Shown: piece after piece, positions 28,266 to 38,359 of the stretch
How positions within the stretch are numbered: position 1 is the first letter of the stretch
How the letters are laid out: each line of letters starts with the position of its first letter
Sequence record: DRR378314_109
Direction: 5' to 3' (one strand)
Length of the DNA: 64,000 nucleotides
Notes under the pieces: model-generated
Databases searched by the model: none
The model's input: only the letters and a program-made list of their open reading frames with translations
What the model was told of the DNA's origin: nothing
Translations under genes and position numbers: made by a program

Positions 28266-29525
28266 ATGAACAAGACATTGCCAGCGATCCTAGGAAGCGT
28301 TGCGTTGCTTGCTGCGCCCGCCTTTGCCGATAAGGCATCCGTTCTGGATACCTATGCCGACATTGCAGAAGCGAAATATGCCGACAGCCTGACCACGGCG
28401 CAGGCGCTGCTGGATGCTGTGAACGCCCTGACGTCAAACCCCTCTGCCGAAGCCCTGCAAACGGCCAAGGCCGCATGGATTGCGTCGCGCGTTCCCTATC
28501 AGCAGACCGAGGTCTATCGTTTCGGCAACGCCATCGTTGATGATTGGGAAGGCAAGGTGAACGCCTGGCCTCTTGATGAAGGGCTGATTGACTATGTTGA
28601 TGCCGCTTACGGCGGTGCGACGGATGAGAACGCATATGCGGTGTTGAATGTAGTGGCGAACCCATCATTCACCCTGTCGGGCAGCACGATTGATGCGGGC
28701 AAAATCACCCCTGCATTGCTGGAAGGTCAATTGCACGAAGCAGACGGTGTCGAATCCAATGTTGCCACCGGATATCACGCGATTGAATTTCTGCTTTGGG
28801 GTCAGGATCTGAACGGACACGGGGCTGGCGCGGGTGCCCGTCCCTGGACGGATTATGCCACGGATGCAGAATGCACCAACGGGAACTGCGACCGGCGCGG
28901 TGACTATTTGACGGCTGCTACGGAATTGCTGGTCTCTGACCTTGCGTGGATGGCGGATCAGTGGAAAGACGGCGGTGCGGCACGTGCGGCTGTGATGGAA
29001 AATGAAGATGCAGGCATCTCGACCATCCTGACCGGAATGGGATCATTGTCTTATGGCGAACAAGCGGGCGAACGGATGCGCCTGGGTGTGATGCTGAACG
29101 ACCCTGAAGAAGAGCATGACTGCTTTTCTGACAACACACATAACAGCCATTTCTTTGACGCGCTTGGTATTCGCAACGTCTATCTGGGCAGCTACACATC
29201 CATTGACGGAACCGTTGTAAGCGGTGCGTCCCTGTCGTCACTGGTCGCGGCGGCTGATAATGCGGTGGATGCAGAATTGCGGGCCAAGCTTGACACAACC
29301 ATGCTTGAGATGTCCGAAATGAAAACCGCTGCCGAGGCTGGCTTTGCCTATGACTCAATGCTGGAACGCGGCAATGAGGCGGGTGAGGCGTTGATTATGG
29401 GCGCTGTTGACGCGCTGGTCGATCAGACACGCTCGATCGAGCGCGCGGTGGCGACATTGGGTGTCGGTCAGATCGAATTTGAAGGCTCGGACAGCCTGGA
29501 TAATCCAAACGCTGTATTCCAGTAA
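28266..29525 (+). CDS. irpA: Imelysin (M75) family iron-regulated protein
   Basis: NAWPLDEGLIDY, TGYHAIEFLLWGQD, EEEHDCFSDNT. Confidence 0.9.
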   Translation: MNKTLPAILGSVALLAAPAFADKASVLDTYADIAEAKYADSLTTAQALLDAVNALTSNPSAEALQTAKAAWIASRVPYQQTEVYRFGNAIVDDWEGKVNAWPLDEGLIDYVDAAYGGATDENAYAVLNVVANPSFTLSGSTIDAGKITPALLEGQLHEADGVESNVATGYHAIEFLLWGQDLNGHGAGAGARPWTDYATDAECTNGNCDRRGDYLTAATELLVSDLAWMADQWKDGGAARAAVMENEDAGISTILTGMGSLSYGEQAGERMRLGVMLNDPEEEHDCFSDNTHNSHFFDALGIRNVYLGSYTSIDGTVVSGASLSSLVAAADNAVDAELRAKLDTTMLEMSEMKTAAEAGFAYDSMLERGNEAGEALIMGAVDALVDQTRSIERAVATLGVGQIEFEGSDSLDNPNAVFQ

Positions 29526-29582
29526 ATAAATCACAAGGAATGCAAGCGGGTGCCAGCTATCCTGAACTTTGGAAGTTAGAAA

Positions 29583-30587
29583 ATGACAGATAAATTCGTG
29601 CTGGCGCTCGTTCTTTCGGGCGTCGCCACTCATGCCGCCGCGCAGGATGGTTTTGAATGGGAAGGCGAGCTGGAACTTGGAGTTGAGGCGGTTGTCTCTT
29701 CTGATACCGAAGGCAATGAAATCACCGATGCTTACGGCGTGTTGGAGCTGGGCGGCAGCCTAAGCTTTGGCACCAACGGATCGGCGTTCTTTACGATCCT
29801 TGGTGAAAGTGTCGAGGATCCCACGGATGACCGCTTGCTTGAGGACATCGGTTTCTATTTCGAAGAAATCGGCGTCGCCTTTGACATCGGAACCTCCACG
29901 AGCATTTCTCTGGGTAAGGTCAATCCCAGCTTTGGCCGCACGTTTGATGATGCCGCAGGCATGTATGGCGACATCGTTGCGGGCGACTACGAACTGACCG
30001 AACAGATCGGTGTATTCGCTGAAAGCGAACTGACGCCCGGCGGCACGTTGAGCTTTGGCGTCTTCTATGCGGATGACACTTTCCTCAGCCGCTCTATTGG
30101 CACCGACCGGGGGCGCAATACGGTAGATGCTGGCGGGGCAGGGAATACCGGCCGTTTGGACAATCTGGCCGTGACCTGGACGCAAGACTACAAGAACGGT
30201 GCGTTTCAGGTTGGTGCCCGACACCTAAGTGCTGGCATGGGAGATGTAAGTGATGAAACAGGTGTCATCGCAAGCGTGACCCACAATCTGTCCGAGCAGT
30301 TTTTTGTTTTTGCCGAGGCGGCGCATTTCTCCAACTTTGGCGGCAGTGCGGATGATGCAACCTATGTCACGTTAAATGCGGGCTACACGATTGATAATTG
30401 GTCTTTGTCCGGCACTGTTGGACGGCGTGATCTTGACGGGGGCGGAGTGACAGATGCAATCTCTGTTTCTGCGGAATACGCGTTCAAGAACGGCAATGTG
30501 TTTGGCACTGGCCTTGCGTTCATCGACGATGGCGGCAGTAAGGAAACCCTGTTCGGGGTGAACCTGATTGTGCCTTTCGGCGGTTGA
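29583..30587 (+). CDS. Putative outer-membrane beta-barrel/porin, very acidic
   Basis: Signal peptide, alternating amphipathic strands, GKVNPSFG, aromatic residue near C-terminus. Confidence 0.65.
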   Translation: MTDKFVLALVLSGVATHAAAQDGFEWEGELELGVEAVVSSDTEGNEITDAYGVLELGGSLSFGTNGSAFFTILGESVEDPTDDRLLEDIGFYFEEIGVAFDIGTSTSISLGKVNPSFGRTFDDAAGMYGDIVAGDYELTEQIGVFAESELTPGGTLSFGVFYADDTFLSRSIGTDRGRNTVDAGGAGNTGRLDNLAVTWTQDYKNGAFQVGARHLSAGMGDVSDETGVIASVTHNLSEQFFVFAEAAHFSNFGGSADDATYVTLNAGYTIDNWSLSGTVGRRDLDGGGVTDAISVSAEYAFKNGNVFGTGLAFIDDGGSKETLFGVNLIVPFGG

Positions 30588-30678
30588 TTGTCGGAAAGAA
30601 TACTAAAGCCATTCCTCTGGCCCGCCAGCCTTGACGCAAGCGGGCCGGAGTTCCTCAGATAAGCAAGGTTGCCAACAC

Positions 30679-30924
30679 ATGGCAAAAACGCCCAGCCCCT
30701 GCATCGACGTTTGTAAATTCAAACGTGAAGGCCATTGCATCGGATGTTCGATGACCAAGGCGCAAAAATCTTTGTTCAAGTCATTGAAGAAAGACAGTCA
30801 CCGCGCTGGATTTGTGCAAATGCTCACCGCGCAGCAAGAACGTATGGGCAAGTACACGCATTGGGATGCGGCCTATCGCAAGAAGCTGGCAAAAAAGAAA
30901 ATCGCGGCCGAGACACTTCTCTAG
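30679..30924 (+). CDS. DUF1289 small Cys-rich protein
   Basis: SPCIDVCKF...HCIGC motif. Confidence 0.8.
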   Translation: MAKTPSPCIDVCKFKREGHCIGCSMTKAQKSLFKSLKKDSHRAGFVQMLTAQQERMGKYTHWDAAYRKKLAKKKIAAETLL

Positions 30925-30955
30925 CCGCGATCATTTCATTCCGGGAAGCGGTGGC

Positions 30956-31429
30956 TTAGCCCGCCAGATGGGCCCGCAGGAACCAGGCAAATTTCTCATG
31001 GGTCTGGCCGCGTGCAATGCACAGATCTTCGGTCAGCGTGTCACCATGTTCTGCGGCAAGCGCGCCACAGCCGGCAAGCGTGGCTGCCAGAGTTTCCTGT
31101 GCTTCTTTCATCACGCGGATCATCTCTTTGTCAGAGGCATGGCCGTCATGTTCGCCCACTTTTGAACGCTCAAGCATTCCTGCCAGCGTCCCTTCCGCAT
31201 GTTCGTCCAATGCGCGGACACGTTCCGCCAGATCATCCTGTGCGATAAAGTGATCTTCGTAGATCTTTTGGAATAGGTCATGCAGCGGGCCAAAGCCCAT
31301 GCCTTTGACATTCCAGTGGAAATTCTGTGCAAGCATCGTCGTCACAGCGGTTTCCGCTACGGATTGGTTCAATGCATCTGCAATGGCGGTTTTGGCGTTG
31401 GTGTCCAACGCAGCGGCAGTTTGAGTCAT
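30956..31429 (-). CDS. dps: Dps mini-ferritin
   Basis: NFHWNVKG..F..LHDLF...DDLAERVRAL, EKFAWFL. Confidence 0.93.
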   Translation of the reverse strand: MTQTAAALDTNAKTAIADALNQSVAETAVTTMLAQNFHWNVKGMGFGPLHDLFQKIYEDHFIAQDDLAERVRALDEHAEGTLAGMLERSKVGEHDGHASDKEMIRVMKEAQETLAATLAGCGALAAEHGDTLTEDLCIARGQTHEKFAWFLRAHLAG

Positions 31430-31527
31430 CTACTCACCCTCAAGTTCGATTGATAATCGGCTGGCTGGCGATATGCTGGCTTGCTGTGAACACCAACATA
31501 GAGGCCAAAATCGATTTGCCAAGCCCT

Positions 31528-31544
31528 TTTAGAATAATTCTAAT
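31528..31544. promoter_or_regulatory. Irr box (ICE) upstream of dps
   Basis: tttagaa-taa-ttctaat matches TTTAGAA-N3-TTCTAAA at all but one position. Confidence 0.8.
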
Positions 31545-31980
31545 TCCGAGGAAATTGCTCGGATATTCGGCCCAGCAGAAACCCGATGTACCGCCGGTCG
31601 GCCAGGGGAACGCGCGAGGTCAACAGGAACGTCAGACTGCTGTTGTCCTCCTCCCAGATAGAGGTGAGGCAGCGCATTACCCAGGCTTCGTCAAATGAGG
31701 TTTCGGTTACGCCGGGGCTGTGCCATTTGATCCGCTTGTTCAGTGTGGCAGAGAGGCATCTCACAAATGTATCTACAAAGGTGCGTTTGGCGTCTTCGCC
31801 CTCCACCGTAAGAAGGGCGCAGGCCTCAAACAGGTCTGTGCGTGCCGCGACGCGACACCCCATTGCAGCCATACGCAGACTGTTCAATACACTGCGTTCC
31901 TGCCCGGTCATCTGAGGGGCAGGTGCAAGCGGGTTCCCGACGTGGTCGGCCAGATTTGGGTGTTGTGACAGTGGCATCAT
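31540..31980 (-). CDS. Hypothetical protein
   Basis: 146-aa ORF filling dps-DHOR gap; CRVAARTDLFEAC, HSPG...SFDEAW. Confidence 0.7.
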   Translation of the reverse strand: MMPLSQHPNLADHVGNPLAPAPQMTGQERSVLNSLRMAAMGCRVAARTDLFEACALLTVEGEDAKRTFVDTFVRCLSATLNKRIKWHSPGVTETSFDEAWVMRCLTSIWEEDNSSLTFLLTSRVPLADRRYIGFLLGRISEQFPRN

Positions 31981-32076
31981 GTCGCGGCATGTCCGTTGTT
32001 CTAAATCAGCGAAACTATCGCTTCTTATAATTCCTGAGTATAGTTATAGGGTATTATGGCAAGTACAAGAAGTGAA

Positions 32077-33597
32077 ATGCAACACAGCTCCAAATATTGC
32101 GCGATTATGGCTTCACTCCTGGCGTTTCCCGCTTGGGCGGAGCCTTTGCAGGATGTTCACCTGCCAGTGATCGCACGCACCGAGGATGAAGCGGCGCGTA
32201 TTGCCCGCATCGTCAAACCGACCAATGATTTTGGCAAAGCAGAGAAATTCGAGGGAAACCCCGCAGGGGCGGCAACGGTCCGTGCAAGAACCGACGCAAA
32301 TGCCTTTTCGCAAGCCTCTGGCAACATCACTTTTGAACGGGAGCTGGATTTCAAAGTGGGCAACGGCTTGTTCCGCAAGCTCTGGGTCTCCTCGCCCTCG
32401 TCAACATTGGCGTCGGACGGTTTGGGCCCGCTTTATAATGCGCGCTCTTGTCAGCGGTGCCACCTGAAGGACGGGCGGGGACATCCACCGGAAGGTGCCG
32501 AAGATTCTGCGACATCCATGTTGATCCGGCTGTCGATCCCCGATGAAACCGCGCGCATGGAAGAAATTGAAGGGTATCTCGCCAGCCTGCCAGAGCCGAC
32601 CTATGGCGGGCAAATGCAGGATTTTGGTGTTGCTGGCATTGCAGCAGAGGCATCAATCAAAGTGACCTATGCCGAAACTGAAATTCCTCTGTCTGGGGGG
32701 GAGGTCGCGCATCTGCGTGTGCCGGAATACACGCTGGAAAACCTAGGTTACGGTCCGCTGCACCCGCAAACGATGATCAGCCCCCGTGTTGCGCCGCAGA
32801 TGATCGGCCTGGGCCTGTTGGACGCGATTCCCGCCGCGGATATTCTGGCGCGCGCCGACCCGGATGACGCAGATGGTGACGGCATTTCAGGGCGGGCACA
32901 GATTGTTTGGTCGATGGTGCATGATCAACCGATGCTGGGCCGTTTCGGCATGAAGGCGGGACAGCCAAGCGTGCTGGAACAATCTGCGGCGGCATTTCGT
33001 GGCGACATCGGAATTTCCACAACCTTGTTGCCACAAGGTTATGGCGACTGCACAGCGGCGCAGGCCGGATGCCGGGCAGCTCCAGATGGCAATACGGATG
33101 ATCATGATGGCGCAGAAATTTCCGATGTGGGTTTGGATCTGGTGACATTCTACTCCTCCAATCTAGGGGTGCCTGCACGGCGCGATGTGGATGCCCCTCA
33201 GGTCTTGCGCGGCAAAGAGGTGTTTTATGGCACCGGCTGTACTTCCTGCCACACGCCCAAACATGTGACGCACAGACTGGACGGGAACCCCGAACAGAGT
33301 TTCCAATTGATCTGGCCCTATACCGACATGTTGTTGCATGACATGGGGCAGGGGCTGTCCGATAACAGACCAGAGGCGCGGGCCAGCGGTCAGGAATGGC
33401 GCACCCCGCCGCTTTGGGGGATTGGGCTGACGCAACAGGTGTCCGGCCACACCTATTTCCTGCATGACGGGCGGGCACGCAGCTTGTTGGAAGCGCTGCT
33501 CTGGCACGGGGGCGAGGCCGAATCACAAAAGCAACAGGTGATTGATATGGCCCCCGCCGATCGCGCTGCCCTTATTCGATTTCTGGAGAGTTTATGA
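32077..33597 (+). CDS. Di-haem oxidoreductase (DHOR/DUF1111), c-type cytochrome
   Basis: CQRCH and CTSCH haem motifs, DGLGPLYN, WRTPPLWG, LHDGRAR; alternative start 32056. Confidence 0.92.
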   Translation: MQHSSKYCAIMASLLAFPAWAEPLQDVHLPVIARTEDEAARIARIVKPTNDFGKAEKFEGNPAGAATVRARTDANAFSQASGNITFERELDFKVGNGLFRKLWVSSPSSTLASDGLGPLYNARSCQRCHLKDGRGHPPEGAEDSATSMLIRLSIPDETARMEEIEGYLASLPEPTYGGQMQDFGVAGIAAEASIKVTYAETEIPLSGGEVAHLRVPEYTLENLGYGPLHPQTMISPRVAPQMIGLGLLDAIPAADILARADPDDADGDGISGRAQIVWSMVHDQPMLGRFGMKAGQPSVLEQSAAAFRGDIGISTTLLPQGYGDCTAAQAGCRAAPDGNTDDHDGAEISDVGLDLVTFYSSNLGVPARRDVDAPQVLRGKEVFYGTGCTSCHTPKHVTHRLDGNPEQSFQLIWPYTDMLLHDMGQGLSDNRPEARASGQEWRTPPLWGIGLTQQVSGHTYFLHDGRARSLLEALLWHGGEAESQKQQVIDMAPADRAALIRFLESL

Positions 33598-34571
33598 CCC
33601 GTTTCTTTCTTGCACTGACAGTTGGCGTTCTGACAGCTCTGCCTTTGGCCGCGGATACTGGCAAGGCTGTCACGGAACATATTCTCCCCCGCTACGCCGA
33701 CTTTGCAAAACAGGCGCGCGCCTTGGCGGATGTGGCTAGCAAGGACTGCACCGTCACGGAGATGCTGCCGGCCTACACGGCGGCTTATGACGCCTGGATC
33801 GCAGTAAGCCATATCCAGTTTGGCCCTGTAGAGAGTCGTGGCAGCGCGCCCGCATTGTCTTACTGGCCTGACCCGAAAAACCGCACCGGCAAAGCCATCG
33901 CGCGGTTGATGGCCGAAGATACTTCCGCATTGACAGACCCTGAAGAATTCAAAGAGGTTTCGATTGCCGCACAGGGGTTTCCCGCCCTTGAACGCCTGTT
34001 GACCGAGGATCACCCGGACCAAGATGCCGCCTGTGACCTGCGCCGTGCCATTGCGACTTTCATCGGGCAAACCGCGGGCAATCTGAACGGGGATTGGCAA
34101 TCGGGCTATGGCGCGGGGTTTGCACAGGCCGAGGTACCGTCTTATCAAACGCCCGAAGAAACCCGCCGCGCGCTTTATACCGCTTTATCGACATCGCTGG
34201 CCTATCTGCATGATCAACGTCTTGGTCGTCCTTTGGGCAGTTTTGACAAACCATATCCGACCCGCGCAGAGGCCCGCCGGTCAGGCAGGAGCCTTCGTCA
34301 CATTCTGTTGAACCTTGGTGCCTTGCAGGACCTGACACAGGTTGCTTTTGCGGATGTGACCACACCGGCTCTGTCGTCATCATTTCAAGAGGCGATTTCC
34401 CGTGCAGAGGCATTGGACGACCCCAGCCTTGCAGGTGTTGCCTATCCGGCCAAACGTTTCAAAATTGAGGTGCTGCAACGCGCTGTGCGGGATGTGCAGG
34501 AACTGGTTGCGAAACAGATTGCCGGTGCTTTGGGTATTGCTGCCGGGTTCAATGCTTTGGACGGTGATTAG
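33594..34571 (+). CDS. Second imelysin-family protein
   Basis: FGP, YWPD, SIAAQGFPALE, AEARRSGRSL, GFNALDGD C-terminus. Confidence 0.88.
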   Translation: MTRFFLALTVGVLTALPLAADTGKAVTEHILPRYADFAKQARALADVASKDCTVTEMLPAYTAAYDAWIAVSHIQFGPVESRGSAPALSYWPDPKNRTGKAIARLMAEDTSALTDPEEFKEVSIAAQGFPALERLLTEDHPDQDAACDLRRAIATFIGQTAGNLNGDWQSGYGAGFAQAEVPSYQTPEETRRALYTALSTSLAYLHDQRLGRPLGSFDKPYPTRAEARRSGRSLRHILLNLGALQDLTQVAFADVTTPALSSSFQEAISRAEALDDPSLAGVAYPAKRFKIEVLQRAVRDVQELVAKQIAGALGIAAGFNALDGD

Positions 34572-34572
34572 G

Positions 34573-35658
34573 ATGATGGCCACACGGCGGGCGTTCCTGC
34601 AAACCACACTGGCGGCTGCGGCGGCACTGCCCGTCACCGGATGGGCCGACGTTGGTGCCCCGACGCATCTTAGCGCGGCCCGGACCGTTCAGGGGGAATA
34701 TGCGCTTGTCGGGTTGCGGGCAGATGGCAGCCAAGCTTTTGTGCTGCCCTTGCCCTCACGCGGCCACGCCGCAGCAGCACACCCGACAGAGCCGACAGCC
34801 GTTGCCTTTGCCCGCAGACCGGGCACCTATGCCATGGTTATCGATTGTGCGTCAGGGCAGGTCGCCCAGCAGCTGGCGGCACCTGACGGCCATCACTTTT
34901 ACGGGCATGGCACCTATTCGCAGAACGGCAGGGTCCTGTTCACCACCGAAAACCACATCGTCAGCGGGCAGGGGCGCATCGGTGTCTGGGACGCAGCGGC
35001 GGGGTATACCCGATTGGGTGATTTTTCCTCTGGCGGCATTGGTCCGCATGAAATGCTGCGGCAACCCGGGGCGGATGTTCTGGTGATTGCAAATGGCGGC
35101 ATCCGTACCGATCCGACGCACGGGCGGGCCAAATTGAACCTTGAAAGCATGCGGCCAAACCTCACACATATGAGGCCGGATGGGACCATCCTGCATGTTG
35201 CTGAACTGCCGGCTGATGCCCACGAGAATTCGATCCGCCATATTGCGGCTTTTGACGATGGCCGGATCGCTGTCGCATTTCAGTGGCAGGGCGATCCTTT
35301 TGGCGCGCCGTCAATTGCGGGGGTGTATTTGCCCGATCAGGGGATCCGTTTGCTGAACATGTCAGAAGCGATGTTGCGGGGTCTCGATGGCTACGCCGGG
35401 AGCGTGGCCGTACTGGATCAGCGCCATATCGCAGTGACATTCCCGCGCGGCGGGGTGATGCATATGTTCGATACAAAGACCGACAGCGTTCTGACCCTGC
35501 CACAGGCCGATATCTGTGGTGTGGCTCCGGCCCGGGGCGGTGGCATGGCAACGGATGGTTTGGGTCATGTTCATGCAATGACAGCAGGCGGGGTGCGCCT
35601 GCTTGCCTGCCATGATCTGGCCTTTGACAACCATCTGATCCGTATCGGCGGCGCATAG
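34573..35658 (+). CDS. DUF1513 Tat-exported beta-propeller protein
   Basis: TRRAFL Tat motif, RGH, ARRPG, HFYGHG, GIGPHE, SIRH, FDNHL. Confidence 0.88.
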   Translation: MMATRRAFLQTTLAAAAALPVTGWADVGAPTHLSAARTVQGEYALVGLRADGSQAFVLPLPSRGHAAAAHPTEPTAVAFARRPGTYAMVIDCASGQVAQQLAAPDGHHFYGHGTYSQNGRVLFTTENHIVSGQGRIGVWDAAAGYTRLGDFSSGGIGPHEMLRQPGADVLVIANGGIRTDPTHGRAKLNLESMRPNLTHMRPDGTILHVAELPADAHENSIRHIAAFDDGRIAVAFQWQGDPFGAPSIAGVYLPDQGIRLLNMSEAMLRGLDGYAGSVAVLDQRHIAVTFPRGGVMHMFDTKTDSVLTLPQADICGVAPARGGGMATDGLGHVHAMTAGGVRLLACHDLAFDNHLIRIGGA

Positions 35659-35667
35659 ATCTGCACC

Positions 35668-38103
35668 TCAGGCCCGCATGCGGGTGTAGCCCGGATCATA
35701 AGGAGAGGGGGCAATCACCTCCGCCCCGATCAGATCACCGCAAAGATCCAGTTGCATCGTGCTGCCGACCTCCGCCAATTCCGGCAAGACAAAAGCATAG
35801 GCCAGGTTCATCCCCACCCGATAGCCCCAGTCGCCAGAGGTGATCGTGCCGACAACACTTTGACCCTGCATCAAAGAGGCACCGCCATGCGCGGGGGCTT
35901 TGGTGCTGTCGATTTTAAGGGGCACCAGCTTGCGTGTCGGCCCCTGTGCCATACGCCGCTTCAGGGCGGCCTGACCGATGAAGTTTCCTTTCTCGGGTTT
36001 CACAAAACGCTCCAGCCCGGTTTCGAAAGGGTTAAACTCAGTGACCAGCTCTGCCTTCCAATGCATGAAGCCTTTTTCCATGCGCATGGAGTCCACTGCA
36101 CGCGCACCAAACAACGTCATGCCATGGGCCTCCCCGGCCTGACGCAGCGCAAGATAGGCGGCATAGAGTGAGGCGTTCGGCACGTGGATTTCATACGCAA
36201 GCTCACCGGAGAAGCTGACCCCCAGCACCGTGGCGGGTGCAAATCCGATGAAACATTCACGCACCGAAAGCCATGGAAAGGCTTCCTTTGACCAATCGCC
36301 CCGTGCGCAGGCGCTTAGAACAGTGCGGGCTTTGGGTCCTGCCAGCACAAGGATCGTCTGATCATTGGTCAGACTGCGGATCTGTACATCTTCGTCAGCT
36401 GTCAGGTGGGATTTCAGCCAGTCCATATCGTGGTATTCCGCCGCGGCGGCCGATCCATACCAAAGCCGTTCCGGCCCCCGGTCAGAGGCAGGGATATTCG
36501 CAATGGTGGCTTCGCCTTTCACCATACCGTGATGGTTCAGCAAATAGCCGAGACCGACACGGCCCTCTTTCTTTGTCACGGTGCCACAGAACATCCGGTC
36601 CAGAAAACTGTGGCGGTCTGCGCCGGTAACCTCAAATCGATTGAACCCGTTCACCTCACAAAGGCCGACGTTTTCCTGAACATTGCGGACCTCTGCGCCG
36701 ACAATGTCGAAAGCTTCGTCGAAATCAAAACTCAGACTTGGATGGAAGTCCGGGGAAGGTTTGATGTAATCAACCCGCTCCCAGCCATTCACAACCGTGA
36801 ACTCCGCGCCTTCGGAAGCTAGAACCGGAGTCAGAGGCGTTGTCTTGGCGTTTCGTCCTGCGGGGCGGTGTTCATGCGGGAAGTGGAAGCGGAATTCGTT
36901 CTGGTAATCCTCGATGGCCTTCAGGGCGGTCAGCTCAACATTGGTATGTCCGGTGAACCGGCGTGGATCGATGCACCAGGTGTCATATTGTGCCTCGCCC
37001 TGCACGATCTGCTGTGCAAGCAGCCAGCCATGGCCGCCGCCCTCGCCAACACCGGCACGCAGGCCAATGATGCAAAAAGCGTTCCGCTTGCCCGGGATCG
37101 GGCCGACCAAAGGTGCGCCATCGATGGTATAGGTGATCGGACCGTTGACCACACGTTTGATCCCGACTTCGGTCAGCGCGGGCATGCGTTCAAACGCACC
37201 TTCCAGCACATCCATAACCCGCTCCAGATCGTCAGGGCAGAGGTCATTGGCGAAACTCGGGCTGATCCCATCCATGCCCCATGTCTTGCAATCCTGTTCG
37301 TAAAACCCGACCAAAAGCCCGTTCTTTTCCTGTCGCGCATAATAGTCAGAGATCGGGCAGCGCAGCAGGGGCATCCGATGTCCTGCTTCGAGGATTGCCG
37401 GGATGTCCTCGGTGACGAAATACTGATGCTCCATAGAGGCAACCGGATGGTGTACTCCCATCATTGCGCCCACCTCATTCACGCGGTATCCGCAGGCGTT
37501 CACCACAATATCCGCGTCAATGCGGCCCTTGTCCGTCTCAACCGTCCATGTGTCATCCTTGTGCTGCGTCAGGGCTGTCACATTGGTGTGGCGGTAAACC
37601 TCTGCACCTGCTTTGCGCGCATGGAAGGCAAGCGCTTGACACAGTTGCGCCGGGTCGATGTCGCCATCCTCCCCGTCCCACAGGCCACCCAACAGATTTT
37701 CGGTGGAGATCAACGGATGACGGCGGGCACATTCGGCGGCATCGATGACTTCGAATTCTGTTCCCATGCCCCGCGCCATGGAGGCAAAATGGCGATAGCC
37801 TTGCATCTGCGCTTCGGTATTGGCCAGCCGGATTCCGCCATCGCCATGGTGGTATCCGACGGGGTATTCAGGATCGTCGCGCAGCTTCTTGTAAAGGGCG
37901 ATGGAATGGCTTTTCAGACCCACCATCGTTTGGTTCATGCCAAAATTCGTCACCTGTGCCGCTGAATGCCATGTGGTGCCGGAGGTCAACTCGTCCCGCT
38001 CGATCAACACAACATCTGACCAGCCTTCCTGTGTCAGATGATAGAGGGTGGAGCACCCGGCGATACCGCCCCCAATGACCACAACTTTTGTGCGTGATTT
38101 CAT
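35668..38103 (-). CDS. FAD-dependent oxidoreductase, GcvT family (dimethylglycine/sarcosine dehydrogenase-like)
   Basis: GGGIAG, LTSGTTWHSAA, VNGP, SFSGELAYE, SMRMEKG, YDP; start MKSRTK. Confidence 0.9.
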   Translation of the reverse strand: MKSRTKVVVIGGGIAGCSTLYHLTQEGWSDVVLIERDELTSGTTWHSAAQVTNFGMNQTMVGLKSHSIALYKKLRDDPEYPVGYHHGDGGIRLANTEAQMQGYRHFASMARGMGTEFEVIDAAECARRHPLISTENLLGGLWDGEDGDIDPAQLCQALAFHARKAGAEVYRHTNVTALTQHKDDTWTVETDKGRIDADIVVNACGYRVNEVGAMMGVHHPVASMEHQYFVTEDIPAILEAGHRMPLLRCPISDYYARQEKNGLLVGFYEQDCKTWGMDGISPSFANDLCPDDLERVMDVLEGAFERMPALTEVGIKRVVNGPITYTIDGAPLVGPIPGKRNAFCIIGLRAGVGEGGGHGWLLAQQIVQGEAQYDTWCIDPRRFTGHTNVELTALKAIEDYQNEFRFHFPHEHRPAGRNAKTTPLTPVLASEGAEFTVVNGWERVDYIKPSPDFHPSLSFDFDEAFDIVGAEVRNVQENVGLCEVNGFNRFEVTGADRHSFLDRMFCGTVTKKEGRVGLGYLLNHHGMVKGEATIANIPASDRGPERLWYGSAAAAEYHDMDWLKSHLTADEDVQIRSLTNDQTILVLAGPKARTVLSACARGDWSKEAFPWLSVRECFIGFAPATVLGVSFSGELAYEIHVPNASLYAAYLALRQAGEAHGMTLFGARAVDSMRMEKGFMHWKAELVTEFNPFETGLERFVKPEKGNFIGQAALKRRMAQGPTRKLVPLKIDSTKAPAHGGASLMQGQSVVGTITSGDWGYRVGMNLAYAFVLPELAEVGSTMQLDLCGDLIGAEVIAPSPYDPGYTRMRA

Positions 38104-38359
38104 CTCAACCCTCCAGAAACAATAAGCCGACCAGAGCAATGTTTTGTCTTTCGCTACAAGGCCCGACTATCGGTTTCCAATTTATAAGACTTATAGTTCG
38201 AAATTACTGTGGTTATGATGACCACTTCCCCACCTTGATGGAGGCACCTGATGAAAGACATCTTTGAGTTTGCCCGAAAACAGGGGTTTGGGGATCACGA
38301 TCCATACGCTTGAATCTGTATATATATTAATAAAATCAATAGTCTGGTGCGATACTCCC

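Noticed and set aside
26781-32050. Extra Iron-Rhodo boxes at 26781 and 32034
   Set aside because: Only one half-site matches well; too weak to call without a PWM
36868-37965. 365-aa plus-strand ORF (representative of many long alternative ORFs)
   Set aside because: Antisense to a well-supported gene; expected in GC-rich coding DNA; no motifs
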